Shown piece by piece: positions 14,101-27,299 of a stretch of 64,000 nucleotides of DNA. The stretch comes from Nymphaea colorata (taxonomy: Eukaryota), in NCBI RefSeq assembly GCF_008831285.2, contig NC_045138.2:9238001-9302000 (forward strand), read 5' to 3'. Under the pieces are notes generated by a model. It worked only from the letters and a program-made list of their open reading frames with translations. It searched no databases and was not told the DNA's origin. The position numbers and the translations under genes were made by a program. Every line of letters starts with the position of its first letter. Within the stretch, counting starts at the first letter, position 1.

Positions 14101-15843
14101 TGGTTCTTACATCAGTATAATTTGATGTATAGCATTCTTGAATACTTTAGAAATAGAGGATGGTAGCTTACCAAAAGTAAGGTTTTGTAAATATTGTAGT
14201 TGCATATATTGATATTGTTCAGCTCTTCTTGATTGAAAAATGTGGTACTCAGAAGCTGCTGCATGCAGAATGTATCTTTGAAAATGAAGATTCCGTAAAA
14301 CGTAGTTGTTTCTTTTCGATTCAACTTTTAATTGAGCACACTTTTTTTTAATTGCGATTATCACCCTGGTGTATCATGTATTTGACATTGTTAACTTTTT
14401 GGCTAGATTGCAATGCTACAACAGTCAGAACCTGAAGGTTCTGATATGAAGTGGATGGATTCTTTTGTGGTGGGAAGCATGGTTGAGGCTGAAGTGCAGG
14501 GGCTAAAAGAATTTGGTGTAGTTGTAAGCTTCAAAAAATATCCTGATTTAGTTGGGTTTATCACAAACTATCAATGTAAGTTCTTGTTTGATTTAGTGGC
14601 CTTGAATAATGTAATTTCTTCTTCTAATAGATACGAAACCTGTGTCTTGCAGTAGATGGTAATAATGTGGGAGTTGGCTCTACTGTGAAAGCTTTGGTTA
14701 TTGATATTTCAAAGGTTGATAACATTGTTGACCTGTCATTGAAGCATAGTTTAATTGAAGAATACCAAAGAAAAGCATTTGGGCACTCACGTTCCAAGGT
14801 TAGTCCTTTAGTCCGCAGAGTGTTGAAGTTCTTACTAAAGACTGTATAATGTAAGGGCCATATCATTTGCTTTTATGAATTGAGGATGAGTGGTTTGTCT
14901 AGACTGCTGCCTTGAGGAGGCATTAGTTGCATTAGTTGTCAACAATGTTTCACCAGTTGCTCATGCACACATATTGACTGTATCAGTAATTCCTTTGCTC
15001 ATTCTATGGCTGATTGTACTTGTGAAATCAGAAACGTCCAAGAGGCCTAGGTAAGGATGTTATATTCGGTGACACAGTTAATGCAGTTGTGGAGTTAATC
15101 AAAGATAATTATTTGGCAAGTACCGCTTCTCCTTTTCTTTTTCCTGCATTCTGGATCTGATTTAGTATTTTGAAGATTATTCAATAGATTAAATTCTTAC
15201 ATTTTTATGCTTCTCATACAGGTTCTTTCTTTGCCTGAACATGGACATGCTATAGGATATGCACTTTCAAGTGATTATAACACACAGAAATTTTCACGGA
15301 AAAAATATGTTGAAGGTGCAAGGTAGGTACCGCTGTTCAGGACCTAAAAAAAATGGAGCCATCTTCTCTAAATTTTTATGTCAATCATCTATAATCTTGT
15401 TTGCTATTAGAGTGACTTACAAAGTGATCCTGTTATACGTTCCCATGATTCCTCATCACAAGATACCTAAACAAAACAAAAAAAATGTTGGCCCTGTGGT
15501 TTTCCAGTATCACTTGTGAAAGTAAATGCATGTAATCTTGCACAAGGTTCTACCACAGATGTTTTCCCCCCTTTTGAACCATCTCAGGATGCTGAGCATG
15601 GTATGAAGTATAGGGTTCAATGCCTTCATGGGATATTCTTTTGTATTTCTGAGTGGTGATCTCCTGTATTTTCTTGTTTTTTGATCTTGACAAAGCATGA
15701 GTAGTTGTCGTTTCAGCACTACGGGATGACATAGAATCTGCGTCAAACAGGTATCATTGCAAGTGCAACATTTTTCCAAAAAAAAAAAAGAAGAAAAAAG
15801 AATGTAGGGGCAGATGCAGTGAGGTTGGGCGTGTGTGTAGTGT

Positions 15844-15886
<43 letters not shown>

Positions 15887-18800
15887 TTGTCTAAAAAGAG
15901 TAAAACTAGCAATAAATGTTTCACTAGTATAGAAAATAGCAATTAATGATTAACAAACTATGATTTCATCCATGATCCAATACAAAGTAAAACGAGTTGT
16001 CTGATGCTGCACTCAAGCTGCACTTGACAAGACTTGGGGTGGCATCCTTTTTGAATCATACTGTAAGATATGTGCTGCCTTAGTTAAGCAAACAGTGTCA
16101 GTTTGGTGTAGCCATCCATATGAGAGATGAAATTACAAAAAACTTTGGCGATCACAACTAGGACTTCATGCATGACCCTTCAACATGGCAAAGAGGAACC
16201 AGACTGCCAGTACTTCTACATTTGCTACTATAGAGTTGAAGTATCTATTGACGGGTCTTGGAACCGGGTCTGGACCTGGACCCGGTCCAGGTTGTAGCCC
16301 TCATTGGGCTTTATTTAAGTCTTTGTAACTCTCAGTTTTCAGTGTGTGAATAAAATTTTAGTAAGAGAGTGTCTGGCTGCTAGTGAGCGCCAGGTATTCC
16401 CTATCGGAGTGATGACATTGTGAAGGCTCAACAAATTAAAAAATGTATTTTAGAAGATGAATGGTGGGATAAGATTTCATATTTTCTGCAGTTTACAGAG
16501 CCTATTTGGCAGATGTTGAGAGAAGTTGACAAAGAAGGGCCCATGCTTCATAGAGTTTATGATATGTGGGATAACATGATTGAAAAAATTCAAAACATCA
16601 TTTTTAGACAGGAGAAGAAGAATGTTGCACTTGATGATTTTAAGTTTTTCGTTCATGTGCATAAAATTTTAGTAAGAAGATGGAATAGAAGCAATAACCT
16701 TTTGCATTGTATGACACACTCCTTAAATCCCAAATATTATGGACAAACATGGTTGGCAGGAGGCACTGGTCGTGTTCCTCCTAATCGAGATCCAAAAATA
16801 TCAAAAAATAGGGAGATATGTTTGGGAAGACTATATTCTGATTCTCATCGGTTGAAGATAATAAATAGTGAGTTTGCGAGCTTCTCTGGTGGAAGAAGTG
16901 ATTCAGTACAAGCTGCAATGGCAAGATATGAAGAAGATCCTGTTAATTGGTGGTTATGTTTTGGAGCAGCGACACCAAATCTCCAGCAACTTGCATTGAA
17001 GTTATTATCTCAACCTGCAACCTCTTCATGTTGTGAAAGAAATTGGAGCACTTATTCTCAAATTCACAATATCAAGAGAAATAAGCTAACCAGTAAGCGA
17101 ACAGAAGATTTAGTTTATGTCCACTCCAACCTACGCCTACTTTCACGTACTTCAGATGCTTACAGGTATTTCTTTCTTTTTGTATCTTCGGTATGTATAC
17201 ATAATTACATTTGTATATTATGTTGGTTGTTTAAAGATAATATTAACTTAAAAGTTAAATTATATTTTGATTTTGTTGCAACTTGTAGTTCAAGATCATC
17301 CAAGTATTGGGATGTTAATCCAAAGGACATTGACGTGGACCTTGAAGGGGAACATGATTTGCATGCTCTTAATATGGACCTTACAGAACCTGTTTCTCCT
17401 TCTAATCTTGATGATGTAACTGAGGAGGATGAGATTCAAGAAAGTTGATGTATTTTGTATGTTAATTATGTGACTGAAGAGAATGAGAATCAAGAAAGTT
17501 GATGTATTTGAGAATCAAGGCTGATAAATTTTGGATCATGATTTATAAATATGTTATTCTGTTTGTAATTTTTTGATATATATATGTGTGAATGTATTAT
17601 TTTGTTTGAAATTTTTTGACACATATATATATGTGCATGTGTGTGTACGGCCGTACCCCTGCACCCAAGTTTTTTGAAAATGGTCTGTGCCCGTACTCGC
17701 ACCCGCACCCGTACCCGTACCTATGTGACATAGAGTATAAGTGTCTTGATCCCTCTACTGGTTGTGTATATGTCACCAATGATGTTACTTTTGAACATGT
17801 CTGTTATTTTGGTGAGAATCCTCTTCAGGGGGAGAAGTATATGACAAGGGAAGAGTATTCTTCAAGTCAAGAAATTCAAATAACAGATTTTCTGGATTAC
17901 AAACGTGAAGAGAGTTAAGTCACAGATGTTCTGGAACATGAAAAGGATGAAGACTGTGGTGCTAGGATTGTGGAGGAACGTAAACATTTGTTTGGGCAGG
18001 TTTACTCTCGCCAAAGACTACCTATGGGTGGAAAGAACGCTACTCCCAATCCCAATGTTACATCTTCCCTGGATGACCCAAGTCATGCCTTGGAGGAGTT
18101 AGTTGAAAAGGAGTTCCAGACAAAAGTTTCTAATGAAGAGCTACCCATTGCCTTAAGGAAGGTTGTGAGGTCATGTACTCAACACCCTATTGGTAACTTC
18201 ATATCATATTCTAAACTGAGCAAGGATTACAAATGTTTTATATCATCTCTTTCTTTGGCTGTAATTCCCCGGACTGTTGCTGAGGCTCAGAGTGATTCTA
18301 AGTGGACCCATGCAATGCGAAAAGAGATGGAAGCTTTGAATATGAATGAAACATGGGAAGTGGTAAAGGTCCCCGAAGGAGCTCATCTGGTCGGATCCAA
18401 ATGGGTTTACACCATTAAGTACAAGACAGGCGTGAGTGTGGATAGGTACAAAGCTCACCTCGTTGCCAAAGGATTCAATCAGAAATATGGAATCGACTAT
18501 TTAGAGACTTTTGCTCCTGTTCCTAAGATGAAGACCATCAGAGTTATTATCTCTTTGGCTGTGATAAGAGAATGGAAGATGTATCAATTTGATGTCAAGA
18601 ATGCCTTTTTGAATGGCGACCTTGAGGAAGATGTGTATATGTGTTGTGTATGCCCCCAAGATATGAGGAACCAGGAAGATGTTGCAATCTGAGAAAGGCT
18701 TTGTATGGACTTAAACAATCTCCTCGAGCATGGTTTGAACGTCTTAGACAAGTTATGAGACGACATGAGTATAATCAAGGTAATGAAGATCATACACTCT

Positions 18801-21800
18801 TTGTGGAGAGAAGAACAGAGAGTTACTCTGTTGTTAGTCTTTGTTGATGATCTGATTGTTACAGGAGATGATGAAGACTAAATAGCAAGATTAAAGAAGT
18901 TATTGGCCGTTGAGCTTGATCTCAAGGACCTTGGCAAGCTGAGATATTTTCTTGGTATTGAAATCGCTAGATCTGGTACGAGCCTTGTGTTAAATCAACG
19001 AAAGTAAACTTTAGACTTACTGAAGGAGATTGGAAAACTAGGATGTAGACCGGCTTCTACTCCTCTAGATACTAGGCACAAACTCTGTATTAAAGTTGGA
19101 GAACCTCTTTGTGAAGAGGCCAAGGTGAGGTATCAACATCTGGTAGGGAAGTTGATCTATCTCGCTCTTAATAGACCTGATATCACCTTTGCTGTGAACG
19201 TTATGAGTAAGTTCATGCATGCTCCAACTGATGCTCACCTGAAGGCAGTTGACAGGATCTTATGTTACTTGAAGAGGAGCCCTGACAAGGGGCTCCTATA
19301 TGTGAAGCAAGGGCCTCTCGAGATCGAAGGTATTCTGATGCTGATTGAGCAGACTGTGTTGATACTAGGAGATCAACCTCAGGGTACTATATTTACCATG
19401 AGGGGGAATCTCATGGTATGGAGGAGTAAGAGGCAAGATGTTTGTTCCCGCTCTAGTGCAGAAGCTGAATACAGAGCTTTTGTTGTGGGAGTGTCTGAAC
19501 TACTGTGGCTGAAAGCCTGAAAGTGTTGTTGACTGATATTGATATAGATTGAAGGGTCAATGAACATGTATTGTGATAACAAGTCAGCGATCAACTTGGC
19601 CAACAACCCTGTGTTACATGACCAAATAAAACATGTTGAGATTGATCGTTACTTCATCCGAGAGAGAATTGATGCGAAAGAGTTGGTTCTGCCATACATT
19701 AAGTCTGAGGACCAAACTGTTGATGTTCTGACTAAGGCCTTACCTTCGACCCTGTTTGAGAAAAACGTATCCAAGTTGGTCATGTTTGATATGTATGCCC
19801 AACTTGAGGGTGAGTGTTGAAGTATTTATTGAAGGGTCTTGGAACTGGGTCTGGACCTGGACCCGGTCCAGGTTGTAGCCCTAGTTGGACCTTACTTAAG
19901 TCTTTGTAACTCTCAATTTTCAGTGTGTGAATAAAATTTTAGTAAGAGTGTCTGGCTGCTAGTGAGCGCCAGGTATTCCCTATCGTGGTTAGTTTTCAGT
20001 GTGAATAAAATTTTAGTAAGAGAGTGTCTGGCTGCTAGTGAGCGCTAGGTATTCCCTATCGTGGTTTCTTATCCCTCGAGTCGAGGGTTTTCCACGTTAA
20101 GATCATTTCATCCAGTTTTTTCCTACTTTCTACAGAAATAAAAAAATGCTTATGTTTGCTTTCTGTCATTTACTAGAAAATAAACTAAAAATTTCTGACT
20201 ACAAGGGTGTGGGGATAGGTGGGGGCAGGCATCACACAATATCTCCTCTGCATTTTCTGCAGCACTCCCATGGGCACAACAGAAAAAGTTGGATATCCAT
20301 TGAAGGATGCATTTTTGCTGTAGGGGGCATGTGTTTCTCAGAAGTCAAGACTGTTTCCTCTCCCACTCAAACACAGCCTAGGAGGTTGTCTGATAATGGA
20401 TAAATAGAATTGTCTCACATGCATTCCATGCATCCCATGGAATCCTGAAACGGTGCTCCATGTTTGGTGGAGTGTTTGTTCCTTCTTAACACAAATGCGG
20501 CCTCTCTCGAGGCTGTCTTTGTTCTCTGTTCTTTGGATCTCTTGGCAACCTCAGGATGGGAAAGCAAAGACCCTCAGATCCCATGCTGGTAACAAATTTT
20601 CCTGTGCATGATATTCACCAAATAAATCTATTTGATAATATTCACCTAATAAATATATCTATTTTTCTGTACCTCCTACAAGCATATCATACCCTACAAA
20701 TTTTCCTTGTTGAAGTAAAAATAGATTCTGATAGTGCTCCAGAACTTTTTGTGAAGTTAGGGCAGGGTATGCATGAGTGTTTGTGAAATGGATTGCTTCA
20801 ATCGTGAAATATCATACTCCTCTGCTAGTCACTCTTATTTATCTCTGCCAAGAGCAGCAGTTTTAAGACAAAGCGGATTTATGTCACAAGGGTGAAGGTT
20901 CTGGTCCAACTGGGTGTGTGTATGCATCTATGGGAAATGAGCAAAATTAGTCCAATTTTGAGACTGGCTTTTCAGGTCTCTGCCTTTCCCTAATCCTAGT
21001 GTTGTGAGGATGGTCATGGATAGGGGGAGAAACTATATGTACATAATTAAGTTGAAAGCAATTGAGAACAAGCAACAAGAAGTAAATGATATTATGCTCA
21101 TGAAAAAACATTGCTGAATGTCAATTTAATGAATTAAGAAAAAATAATGCCACTGAATACATGACCAAATGACTGAACCTTGTATTCAAATGCCAAGCAA
21201 AATCCAGAATAAGACACACATGAATGTATGGCAAAGGATTGTTTATGAGAGAATATCATCACAATTCATAAGTTAAAACTTTTTATGTAAATGAGCTATC
21301 GTTGTAATAATTAATGGATACAATCGATCACCAGCATCATTGCCATTTTCATTATCATAAAGTCCCTCGAAAGAAGGAATGATTGGACCAACTAATCCCT
21401 TGTAAATCGAGGTCCTCTAGGTTCACATCACAAAAAATTTGATGGATCACAGCTGTCATGCAAAAGAACACAAAAAAATGAAAAATGACAATGCTAACAA
21501 TGATACACATTATATTATGCAATTTTGGTGTAAACTACAGAAATTACAACTCTTATCTAACGAAAAAATGTAATACTTATAACCATGAGTTTGTCCTCTA
21601 TGTAAAATTGGAGCACAAAATTAGATCTTCCACATGCTTGCTGGTGAGTTTTTTTCTTTTAATGATACTAAACTAGGAATTGTGTAATTTACTCTTTTGC
21701 AAGTGTGGGTGCAGCGTGGCATTTTTCGAAATACACAATAATCTATAACTGTATCCATGTCACTTCTGTCGTGACAACAACCAATAGATCCATATTCTGT

Positions 21801-21879
21801 TGATATAGTTGATGGCGCAACTACCTATTGCTTTCTAGTACTAATTGAGAAATACACAATAATTTAGAACTATCATAAG

Positions 21880-21930
<51 letters not shown>

Positions 21931-24900
21931 TCTCATTTTCATAAACGTAGTTATCTGGTTTTTATAATTGAACCTTTTTGGGATATTGAATGGAAGTTCG
22001 TTTTTTCTCTAGAAAAACGTTGGAAAAGAAGGTAAGTGTGAAAAGTAGATTAATGTATAATTCATTGTCTTAAGGCACCTGTTCTCATTTATAACATTAA
22101 TCCTCCTCTTCCTCTTCATAAAAGTCCATACTGTTACCTATGAGTCATCTGTTCTCTTTATATAGCATCAATCCCTTCTTCCTCTTTGTTACAGCCGGCA
22201 GCCTTAGAGAGAGAAAACGTAACTTCATTCACTAACCCTAATCTCCATAATAAAGAGTTTAGGGTTGAAGAGAGATTTACAAAGACATCAATAGAAAATA
22301 GAGGAATGTTTAAAGAGACCTCCTAATTATTAAATATTGCAAAGAACCACCTAGAAACATAAACTCTTCTAATTCAACACTCCCCCTCAAGCTGGAGCAT
22401 AGCTTGTCACAACATCTAGAAGAGTCACCAATAGGAAGAGCCTTAGTGAAGACATCTGCAGCTTGATCTTCCGATGATACATGAATGGTGGTTATGGTTC
22501 CTCCTTGAACGAGATCCCGAATGTAATGGCAGTCCAGTTCAATATGTTTAGTTCTCTCATGGAAAACTGGATTATTCGCAATGTATGTGGCTGCTCGATT
22601 GTCACAATACATCTTCATGGGAAGCAGAATCGACACACTTAGGCTAGATAACATGGATTTAGCCCAAGTCATTTTAGCGACAGTTTGAGCCATAGCTCTG
22701 TATTCAGATTGTGCACTAGATCTTGACACCACACCTTGCTTTTTGCTTCTCCAGGATATAAGGTTGCTTCCCACAAATACACAGAATCCTGTGGTAGATT
22801 TCCTGTCTTCGACTGAGCCAACATAGTCAGCATCACTATAGGCTTCCACTTCCAGGGTCTTGCATTTTGTGAACAAAAGTCCTTTGTCAGGAGATGATTT
22901 CAGATATTTGACCACCATTAAAGCAACATCTCAATGAACTTTCCTGGATCTTTCCATAAATTGATTTAGTTTCCCCACTGCAAAACTAATGTCTGGTTTG
23001 GTCACAGTAACATAGAGGAGCTTTCCAATAAGAGACCTGTATTATCGAGCATCGACTAATTCTGATTGGTCATCATAAAGATGTATGCGTGGATTCATAG
23101 GTAGATTGGCTGGTTTAGCTCATAGCATCCCGGTGTCTTGCAATAAATCCAGAACATACTTTCGTTGAGCGAGAACTACACCTTCCCTGTTGCGAGCCAC
23201 CTCTATTCCCAAGAAATATCGTAGTTGACCAAGATCTTTCGTCACAAAGTGTTTTTGAAGGAACAACTTTGTATCAGAAATTTCTTGATCGGAGTCACCT
23301 GTCAGGATAATATCATTAACATAAACCACTAGAACGGTCATACCCCTGGAATTCTTCTTGATAAATAGAGAATGATCAAGAGGGGATCTCGCAAAGCCAC
23401 AGTTTGAGACTACCTCAGAGAACTTGTGAAACCAAGCACGAGGACTCTGCTTAAGTCTATAAATAGCTTTCTTCAGTTTGCACACTTTTCCACACTCCCT
23501 CTGTCTCATCGAGATCACCGTACAAAAAAGCATTTTTGACATCAAGCTGATACATGTGCTAGTCATGGTGTACAACCACAGAGATGATAAGACGAATGGT
23601 CACCAACCGAGCAACAGGAGAGAAAGTCTCGAAGAAATCAATCCCGTAAGTCTGCGTGTAGCCCTTGGCAACCAACCGAGCTTTGTATCTTTCCGTAGAA
23701 CCATCAGAATTATATTTCACTGTTAATACCCACTTGGAGCCAACAATCTCACAACCAGGAGGAGGATCAACAAGTTCCCAAGTGTCTCGCTGAACTAATG
23801 CATCCATCTCTTCTTGCATAGTTTGTCTCAATTCGGTATCTAATAAGGCCTGTTGGTGACAAGTAGGAACTGCATGGGCCGCCAGAGCTTGAATAAACTG
23901 TTGCATACTTTTACCAACACTGTCAGTAGAAACAAAATGAGATATAGGATGCAGAGTACATTGTCGCTTGCCTGTACGAAGAGCAATAGGTAAGTCCTGA
24001 CAGAGATCAGATGGACTAGGTATACTCACTTCAGATGTACTTACCTTCTGAGAAGCAGTTGGGGAAGGATCATGAGAAGGGTCTTGTCGACGTGTGTAGA
24101 CCAGCGGAGGATCACGAAACTTTGACACTACATTGGGAGAGTGCCCAGAAGGAGACTCGTAAGGGAATGACTCCTAAGCTATGTCACACGGATACGGCTG
24201 GGAAGGTCAAGTACCGGCGTCGACACGCCGACACGGGGATCCCGACACGGGGACACCGCAGGATACGTTTTGGATCGGGTCTGGGTCAGACCCGATCCAA
24301 ACCAACCCGATTTTCTTTTAAACCGTCGTTTTCTCTTTACGCGACTTTACCCTCCGACAGTCGACTTTCCTTACCTCGACGACTTCCACGGCAGCACAGT
24401 TCGGCAATGGCGGGCGACGGCGACGGCGACATCTGGTGGCGTCCGGCGGCAGCCGGCGACAGACAGGTAAGTGTTTTATCTATTATTTTCGACATTAGAA
24501 GTTAGGGTTTCAACTTTCATTTGGGGATTTTTTAGATTGGGTATTTCTTACCGATTTTGGGATGTTTTGGTTTGAAGATTGGATGGTTAAGGATCCTATT
24601 CTTCACTGCTATGTGCGATATTTTCTTTTTTTTGTTTGATTTTGGGATTTGGGGATTTTGCCGATTTGGGGATTTTGCCTTCGTTGTTGTTGATGATGCT
24701 AGATATGTAGCCTTCGTTGTTGTTGATGATGCTAGATATGTAGCCTTCGTTGTTGTTGATGATGCTAGATATGTAGCAGGTTCAGCTACATAGTCGATCG
24801 CAGCTAGATATTATAGATGAACTCGGCTGTTGTTGGGAAATTAATGATTCTATTGGCTTCTAGCATGCAATCTAGATGGCATTAACATATAAAATGTTAA

Positions 24901-27006
24901 TTTTAGAAGTTTATAACATGATAGTATGCATATTTCCTCGGCTGTTTTATTTCAGACGTTTTATGTTCATTATATGTTTTGTAACTGCATGTTTATGTTC
25001 ATTATATGTTTAATGTAGTATGGCGAGGAAAGGAAAAACAGTGTCTCAGTCTCAACCTACAAGTTGTGGTTCTGGAGGTTCTGGATCAGCTGCGTCTATT
25101 GCACAGCCACTTTGTTTGAGACTTTCTTGCTTATGTCTTAGCAGTTATCACTTTTGAGATTGGTGATGAACAATGTTTTGTTTGAGACTTTCTTTATTAT
25201 CATTTTTAATTTTTTTGAATATAATATTCGTCGTATCCGCGTATCCTAAAATTTGGAAAATGCCGTGTCCCCGTACCCGTACCCGTATCCATAGGATACC
25301 CGTACCCGTATCCGTGTGACATAGCTCCTAAGGAATAGGAGGAATAGGTAGTGGGTAAGATGACAATGGCATCTCAGTAGAGGTAGGTGGAGAACTATAA
25401 TAAGGTTGAGACTCAAAGAATGTCACATCCGCACTAATATAATCCTTTTGAGTCAAGGCGTCAAAGCATTTGTAACCTTTATGATTTCTGGAGTAGCCAA
25501 TAAAGATACACTTAATGGCTTGGGCACCCAATTTATCACGTGTGGGTCAAAGTATGTGAACGAAGCATGTACAACCAATACTTTGGGAGCTATTGGAAAC
25601 AAGGATCGTTGTGGGTACACAACTTTAATGGGAACCTTGTTGTCAATGGAGGATGAGGGTAAACGGTTGGTCAAGTAACAGGCAGTGGGGATAGCATCTC
25701 CCAAAAAATATGCAGGTAGATTAGTATGAAGCATTAGGGAGCGTGCCACATTTAAAAGTTGGCGATGTTTCCGCTCACCTACTCCATTTTGTTGGGAGGT
25801 ATGGGGACAAGTAAACTGAGGAGAAATGCCATTATTAGAGTAAAATTTCATTAAGATAGATGCCTTGAACTCAAGAGCATTATCAGTACGAACGCTTTTA
25901 ACAAGAATACCAAACTGGGTCTTTATTTCAATAATAAGATTCTTGAGAGTACATATGAATGAAGAAGATCAAATAGTCTACAATTGGACGGATTAAGACT
26001 CAATGAAAAACTGCTACGGGTTTGCTTGCCAAGTTGATAGGCCTCACACTGGAACGACTGTGGAACTGATTGATGAGGAAGTAGGTGATGGAGCTTGGAG
26101 ACAGATGGATGACCAAGTCTGAGATGCCACTAGAAGGAGGAGGACAATGAAGAAGTCGAGATGACTGCAATACCCACAGAATCAGACAGACAGTAGATGC
26201 CTCCTTTCTCATAGCCTCCACCAATCGACTTCCCAGTTTGCAAGTCCTGAAATGAACATACACCAGAGTCAAATGTAACACGACAATGTAAATCATTAAT
26301 CAATTGTCCAACTGATAAAAGATTAGTGGGAAACTTAGGAGCATATAACACATTAGGAATTGTCATAGACTGAGAAATCTTAATATCTCCATAACCCATA
26401 ATAGGAGACCATCTACCATCTGCAAGTTTCACATGACGTGTCTGAGGTAATGAGTGTAGCACGATAAACATAGAAGGCTTACTACAAAAGTGTCTCGATG
26501 CTCCTGACTCAATAATCCAAGTAGTACATGTATCATGTGGAGTAGTATCAACGGACATAGCATTGTCTATCATAACTATAGAGGCCGCTAGTTGAGTAGA
26601 TGTGTGTGCTAAGAACTCCTCATACTCTGACTTGTTGATACTCACAGCCAGAGTCTCAGGATTGAAAGAAGGTAAAGACCCCTCTACTATTGATGAAGCT
26701 ACCTGGATAGATCCAATAGGAGACTGTAATGAATACTTGCCCTGCTTAGATGCAACACCTTTTCCTAGGGGTATAGCGGAAGGACGACCAAGCTTATCAC
26801 AACATCTGTCTTCCAACTTAGGAGCATCTAACTTTACAGTAGAGCCATAAGAAAAGAGATTGCTGTGTTCTTATGCTCATATTGTGTCTCTGTCTTGCCT
26901 TCAGCGGCCATAGTGCACGACTTGACAATGTGATCTTAATCTGGTTGCACTATGATACAATCAAGAGAATAGCGTGCAGCAATCAACTTGAGAAAACTTA
27001 GACAGC

Positions 27007-27078
<72 letters not shown>

Positions 27079-27253
27079 CTTTACAGTAGAGCCATAAGAA
27101 AAGAGATTGCTGTGTTCTTATGCTTATATTGTGTCTCTGTCTTGCCTTCAGCGGCCATAGTGCACGACTTGACAATGTGATCTTAATCTGGTTGCACTAT
27201 GATACAATCAAGAGAATAGCGTGCAACAATCAACTTGAGAAAACTTAGACAGC

Positions 27254-27299
<46 letters not shown>

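Noticed and set aside
16350..16677. 17-bp match ATAAAATTTTAGTAAGA shared by the LTR and the hAT ORF
   Set aside because: AT-rich and not at the junction; probably chance.
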